A stretch of 64,000 bases of DNA from Cetorhinus maximus (Eukaryota): assembly GCF_964194155.1 (NCBI RefSeq), contig NC_135884.1, positions 115,692,001 to 115,756,000 on the forward strand, read 5' to 3'. This document shows, in pieces, positions 59,950 to 64,000 of this stretch. Within the stretch, counting starts at the first letter, position 1. The number at the start of each line of letters is the position of its first letter. The position numbers and the translations under genes were made by a program. Under the pieces are notes generated by a model. It was not told the origin of the DNA and searched no databases. It saw nothing but the letters and a program-made list of their open reading frames with translations.

Positions 59950-61160
59950 TGGTTGCTGGCAATCAGAAATAAAAACAAGAAATGCTGGAAATAATCAGCA
60001 GGTCAGACAGAAATAAAGCTAACATTTCAAGTTGATGACCTTTCATCAGAAGTGGAAAAAGTTAGAGCCGTAGCAGGTTTTAAGCAAATATAGAAGTACA
60101 GAAAGGGGGTAGTAACAAAAGGGAAGGTAAGTGATAGGATAGAAGGCAGGAGAGTTTAAATGGCAAAAGAGATGATGGTTCAAGACAAAGGGGATGGAAA
60201 TGAGACAAGTAAAGAAGCAAAGATGGACGTTTAGGAGGCATAAATGGCAACAGCAGAACCACTATTGACAGGTACTGTCTGAAATGGTCATGATCTGAAA
60301 TGGTTGAACTTAATGTTGAGTTTGGAATGCTGTAAAGCAAATAATTGAAAGATGAGGTTCTGTGCCATGAGCTTCATTGGATCAATATAGGAACTTGAGG
60401 ACAGATGGGTCAGAGTGGGAGTTCGGTGGAGATCAAAATGACAAGCAACTGGATGCTCAAGGTCACGCATGTGGACTAAACAGACGTAGATGTTCCACAA
60501 AGCAATCGCCCAATGTACTTTTGGTTTTCCCAATGCAGAGGGGACCGAATGGTGACCAGTGTGTACAGTATATTAAATTGAAAGAAGTATAAATAAATCG
60601 CTATTTCACTTGGAAAGAGTGTTTGTGGCTCTGGACAGTGGAAAGGGAGAAGGTAAAAGGGCAGGTGTTGCATCCTCTGTAATTGCACAGGACAGTGCCT
60701 TGGGAAGTGGAGGAAGTGTTAGGGTGGTTGAGGAGTAGACCAGGTATCACTCAGAATGCTGATGGAGAAGGGGAGGAGAAGATGTGTTTGGTGGTGGCAA
60801 CACATTGGAGGTGGTGCAAATGGCGAATGAGGATCCTTTGAATATGGAGGCTGGGGGGTGGAAGATGAGAACAAGAGTAACCCTAGTATGGTTCTGGAAT
60901 GGAGGGGAAGGGTGAGAGCAGATGTGGGGAAATGAGATGGATGAGGGCCCTGTCAACAATGGTGGAGGGAAATCCTTAACTGAGGAAAAACAGACATTTC
61001 AGAAGCACTGGTGTGGAAGGTGCCATCATCAGAACAGATGTGACAGAGACAGAGCAATTGGGAGAATGGAGTAGAGTTCTTCCAGGAAGTGGGGAGGAGG
61101 AAGTGTAGCCAAGGCAGCTGGGGGAGTCGATGTGCTTATAGTTGATATTGGTTGACAAGA
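59950..61160 (-). mobile_element. Penelope-like element remnant (RT C-terminus and GIY-YIG endonuclease)
   Basis: HPVACHF...QNLIFQLFALQHSKLNIKFNHF; VTLVLIFHP; terminal repeat with CTGATGAAAGGTCATC. Confidence 0.8.
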
Positions 61161-61579
61161 ATTCAGATTTTCTCTAAATATGCATTTGTGGTTGTACTAG
61201 GGGCATGTCAGAAGATGCACTAGACTCCAGACAAGTCTGTCAACAATGGGAGTGCTACAATTCCTTCACAAATGCCATCTAAAACACAATTGTTAAAAAC
61301 ATTGCATAGGATGTTTATCCATGATGTACACTCCTGGGGTTGAGATTCTTGCTATTTGGCTCCACATAATCCTGCAAGTTAATGCCATAATGGGCAGGTT
61401 AGTCCTAGGAGAAGCAATATGAAGCTTACTGGTGTTAGTGGCTGATAAACTGTGTGGTTTATCTGGACATAAATATACAAATTCAAGTTGTTGCAGTCTA
61501 AGTCTCCCTCTAATCCCAAGGGGTTTTACAGAAAAGTGTAAAAAAAAGAATGAACACCAAGTATTGGGAGAGATATTAG

Positions 61580-62250
61580 AAGGGGTGACAAAAATAAAAG
61601 CTTTGATCAATAAAAGGGTTTGCAGAGACAGGGTGGGGCAGGGCCATAGAGCAATTTGCAGACAAGATAAGAATTTTGAATAGATACATTGGGGACAGGC
61701 TGACACGGGCAGTAGTGATAAGAGAGTGGAACATAATATGGGATAGAATGTAGGAAATAAGATTTTGGAATGTGATACAGAGCATACACGAGAAGAGGGA
61801 AATATGAACTAAATGGTATAATTTTAAAGGGGTGCAGGAACAAAGAGACCTGGGGTGTAGGTACACATGATTGAGGTGGCAGGGCAAGTTAAGAAGGCTG
61901 TTAAAAGCTGGATCTTTGACTTTATTAATAGAAACATATGGCACAAAAACAAGGAAGTTATTGCTAAACTACTGGTTTAACCTCAGAGTCTTGAGTTCAA
62001 TTCTCGGCAGCACATTTTAAGAAGGTTTTCAAAACCTTGAAGAGGGTGCAGAAGAGATTTACCAGAATGGTACTGGGGCTGAGTGATTCCAGTTGTGTGG
62101 AGAGACTGAAGCAGCTGGGGTTGTTTTCCTAAGAGCAGAGAAGTTTAAGAGGAGGTTTGATATTAGTGTTCAAAATCATGCATAGTTTTGGTAGGTAAAT
62201 AGGAAGAAATTGCTTCCAGTGCCAAAAGGACACAGATTTAAGATGCTGGG
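61580..62250 (+). mobile_element. Degraded CR1 fragment
   Basis: GAGGGTGCAGAAGAGATTTACCAGAATGGT...GAGCAGAGAAGTTTAAGAGGAG. Confidence 0.75.
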
Positions 62251-62719
62251 CCTTTATTTAACATCTGAATGGTCATTGGAAAGACAGCATTTTATTTATT
62301 GAACAGTTTTTGGCAGAGATGTTCCTTTCTAGTTAGTGCCCTCTATTGCTCACTATCAGCATAGCAATCTGAAAAGTAAGGATACAGTACAGTAATGATA
62401 CTGATTAGAGTTTGTTTGTAAAATAGTAACCATTCCACCACATGATCACAAAATCACAAGATAAATAAAAGAAAGGAAAACCACTTATTAAAAATCTACC
62501 CTCATCATATCACCCAATTGTATCTTGAATGAACCTTAGATTTTCAACTCTGCTACATAACCAATAAAGATTATTCCAAGTGTTATATCCCTTTATATGA
62601 AGAACCTCTACTTAATATCAATCTTAAATTGCCCTTCCACTAATTTTAGATAATTCCTTCTTGAATTTTGCTTATCTTGAATGAGTGCAACAGTTTTATT
62701 ATATCATTGTAATGTTCTT

Positions 62720-63060
62720 TATCTCACTCCACAACCTTAGCATATAATCTAGGTTGATACTTCATTGTAGCACTGAGGGATCACCGCATTGTCAAAGTTG
62801 CGGTCTTTCAGATGATGGACGAGAAGTTAAATGAAGGCCTGGTCGGCCTGTCAGCAGATGTAAAATCTAATCATGCTTTTTTCAAGAGCAAAGGGTTTCT
62901 TTTGGCATCCTTATCAATATTCATCTGTTGACCAACACAACAAAAACAGATTAACTGGTAATTCACCTCTGTGCTATTAATGGGATCTTGCTGCACACAA
63001 ATTTGTTGTTGCAGTTGTCTACAAAACAACAAAGACGACATTGCAACAGTAATTTAAATA
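62720..63060 (+). mobile_element. Deu-domain SINE remnant
   Basis: CACTGAGGGA...GTCTTTCAGATGA...AAACAGATTAACTGGT...GGGATCTTGCTG. Confidence 0.6.
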
Positions 63061-63299
63061 CATTGGGTCAAAAGCGTGTGAAGGGTATATAAATGCTATT
63101 TTTAAAATTTCTTTACTCCTGTGCAATTCCTATTCAGTTACATCTTTTCAAGGTTAAACCAGACCAGTTTTTCCAGTGCTTTCAATTAAACCGGTTGTCA
63201 TTTTTCAGGATTTTTTGATCATTTTTTCTCTAGAAAGGATTTGGAAAAAAATAATTACTTTAAATATTGTGTTTTAAAAGTATAGTGTATTATTGCAAG

Positions 63300-64000
63300 G
63301 AATGAAATGGGGGTCTGAGCTGGTATAGTTATTACATTTATCATCCAGGCTTGATGCTGTTGACTGACAGATTGAAATAATATGGTGGTTGGTCTCCATC
63401 ATGGATGAATCCTTTACACATTCTGTTGGAAGCTTTTGATCTGTTAGCAACTGTGACAGGCAGTAAATAAAATATTTTGGAGCTCAGTTTTCTTCTCCTC
63501 CAGCTCCCTAATGTTTCACTGCTTGTTCTGCAGGTGACGTGCCTGTTCCTCCTCACTCGAAGAGTAGCAGCCCCTGTCACCAATGTCAATTAGGAGCCAT
63601 CCCTTGCCATTGGTTTGAGAAGTGGCTTGGTCCCTTCCTGGCCCCTTCTTCTTGACTTCTTCATCTGCTGCCACTGACTTGGTTGCCCATCTGTTGGCTC
63701 CTCCTCTATTGCTTTGCTCTGTTGAGGAGTAGGAAACTCAGCGGACAATGCTGGTTCTTGGCAGCTTGCTACTGAACCTTTTTCCTCTTTCTTGTCCCTT
63801 TCTGTATCCTCTTTTGTCCCACTCTTCTATTGGTGAGTAGAGGGTTGCAGGTGTCCTCTGCAGTTCTCATGCTTGCTATTATGCCTGCGTGTCCCACTTT
63901 GGTTCTCGCCACTTGTGCGTAACTGAAGCAGTATTTTGGACAGGTCTAGTAGAGGTGGCCTGCCCCACCACACAGGTTGCAGCATCTAGTCTGCTTGCAG
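63300..64000 (-). mobile_element. L1/Tx1-clade ORF1 remnant with zinc knuckle
   Basis: CKQTRCCNLC / AGHLY*TCPKYCFSYAQVAR across a frameshift, followed by a charged low-complexity tail. Confidence 0.6.

Overview
Eukaryotic, repeat-rich vertebrate genomic DNA. The repeat spectrum (CR1, L2, RTE, Tx1, Penelope, Deu-type SINEs) suggests a cartilaginous fish (shark); this is inference. Two intact spliced genes lie on the minus strand, both reconstructed by hand with GT-AG junctions and matching phases. (1) gpt2, mitochondrial alanine aminotransferase 2: 11 coding exons, 58250->21614, 544 aa, CpG-island promoter with two ZNF143-type motifs. (2) A Borealin-family gene that best matches borealin-2/Dasra A (cdca9): 10-11 coding exons, 14806->2296, 275-291 aa, with a short 3'UTR carrying CPE/PBE/hexamer signals. 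Between them (about 15.0-20.6 kb, + strand) is a series of splice-site-bounded, phase-compatible exons with scattered stop codons that I cannot assign to any family. This looks like an unrecognised gene or unitary pseudogene, head-to-head with cdca9 and tail-to-tail with gpt2, and is the most interesting signal. Most ORF-track entries are spurious or transposon remnants. Repeat boundaries are approximate unless a TSD is cited.
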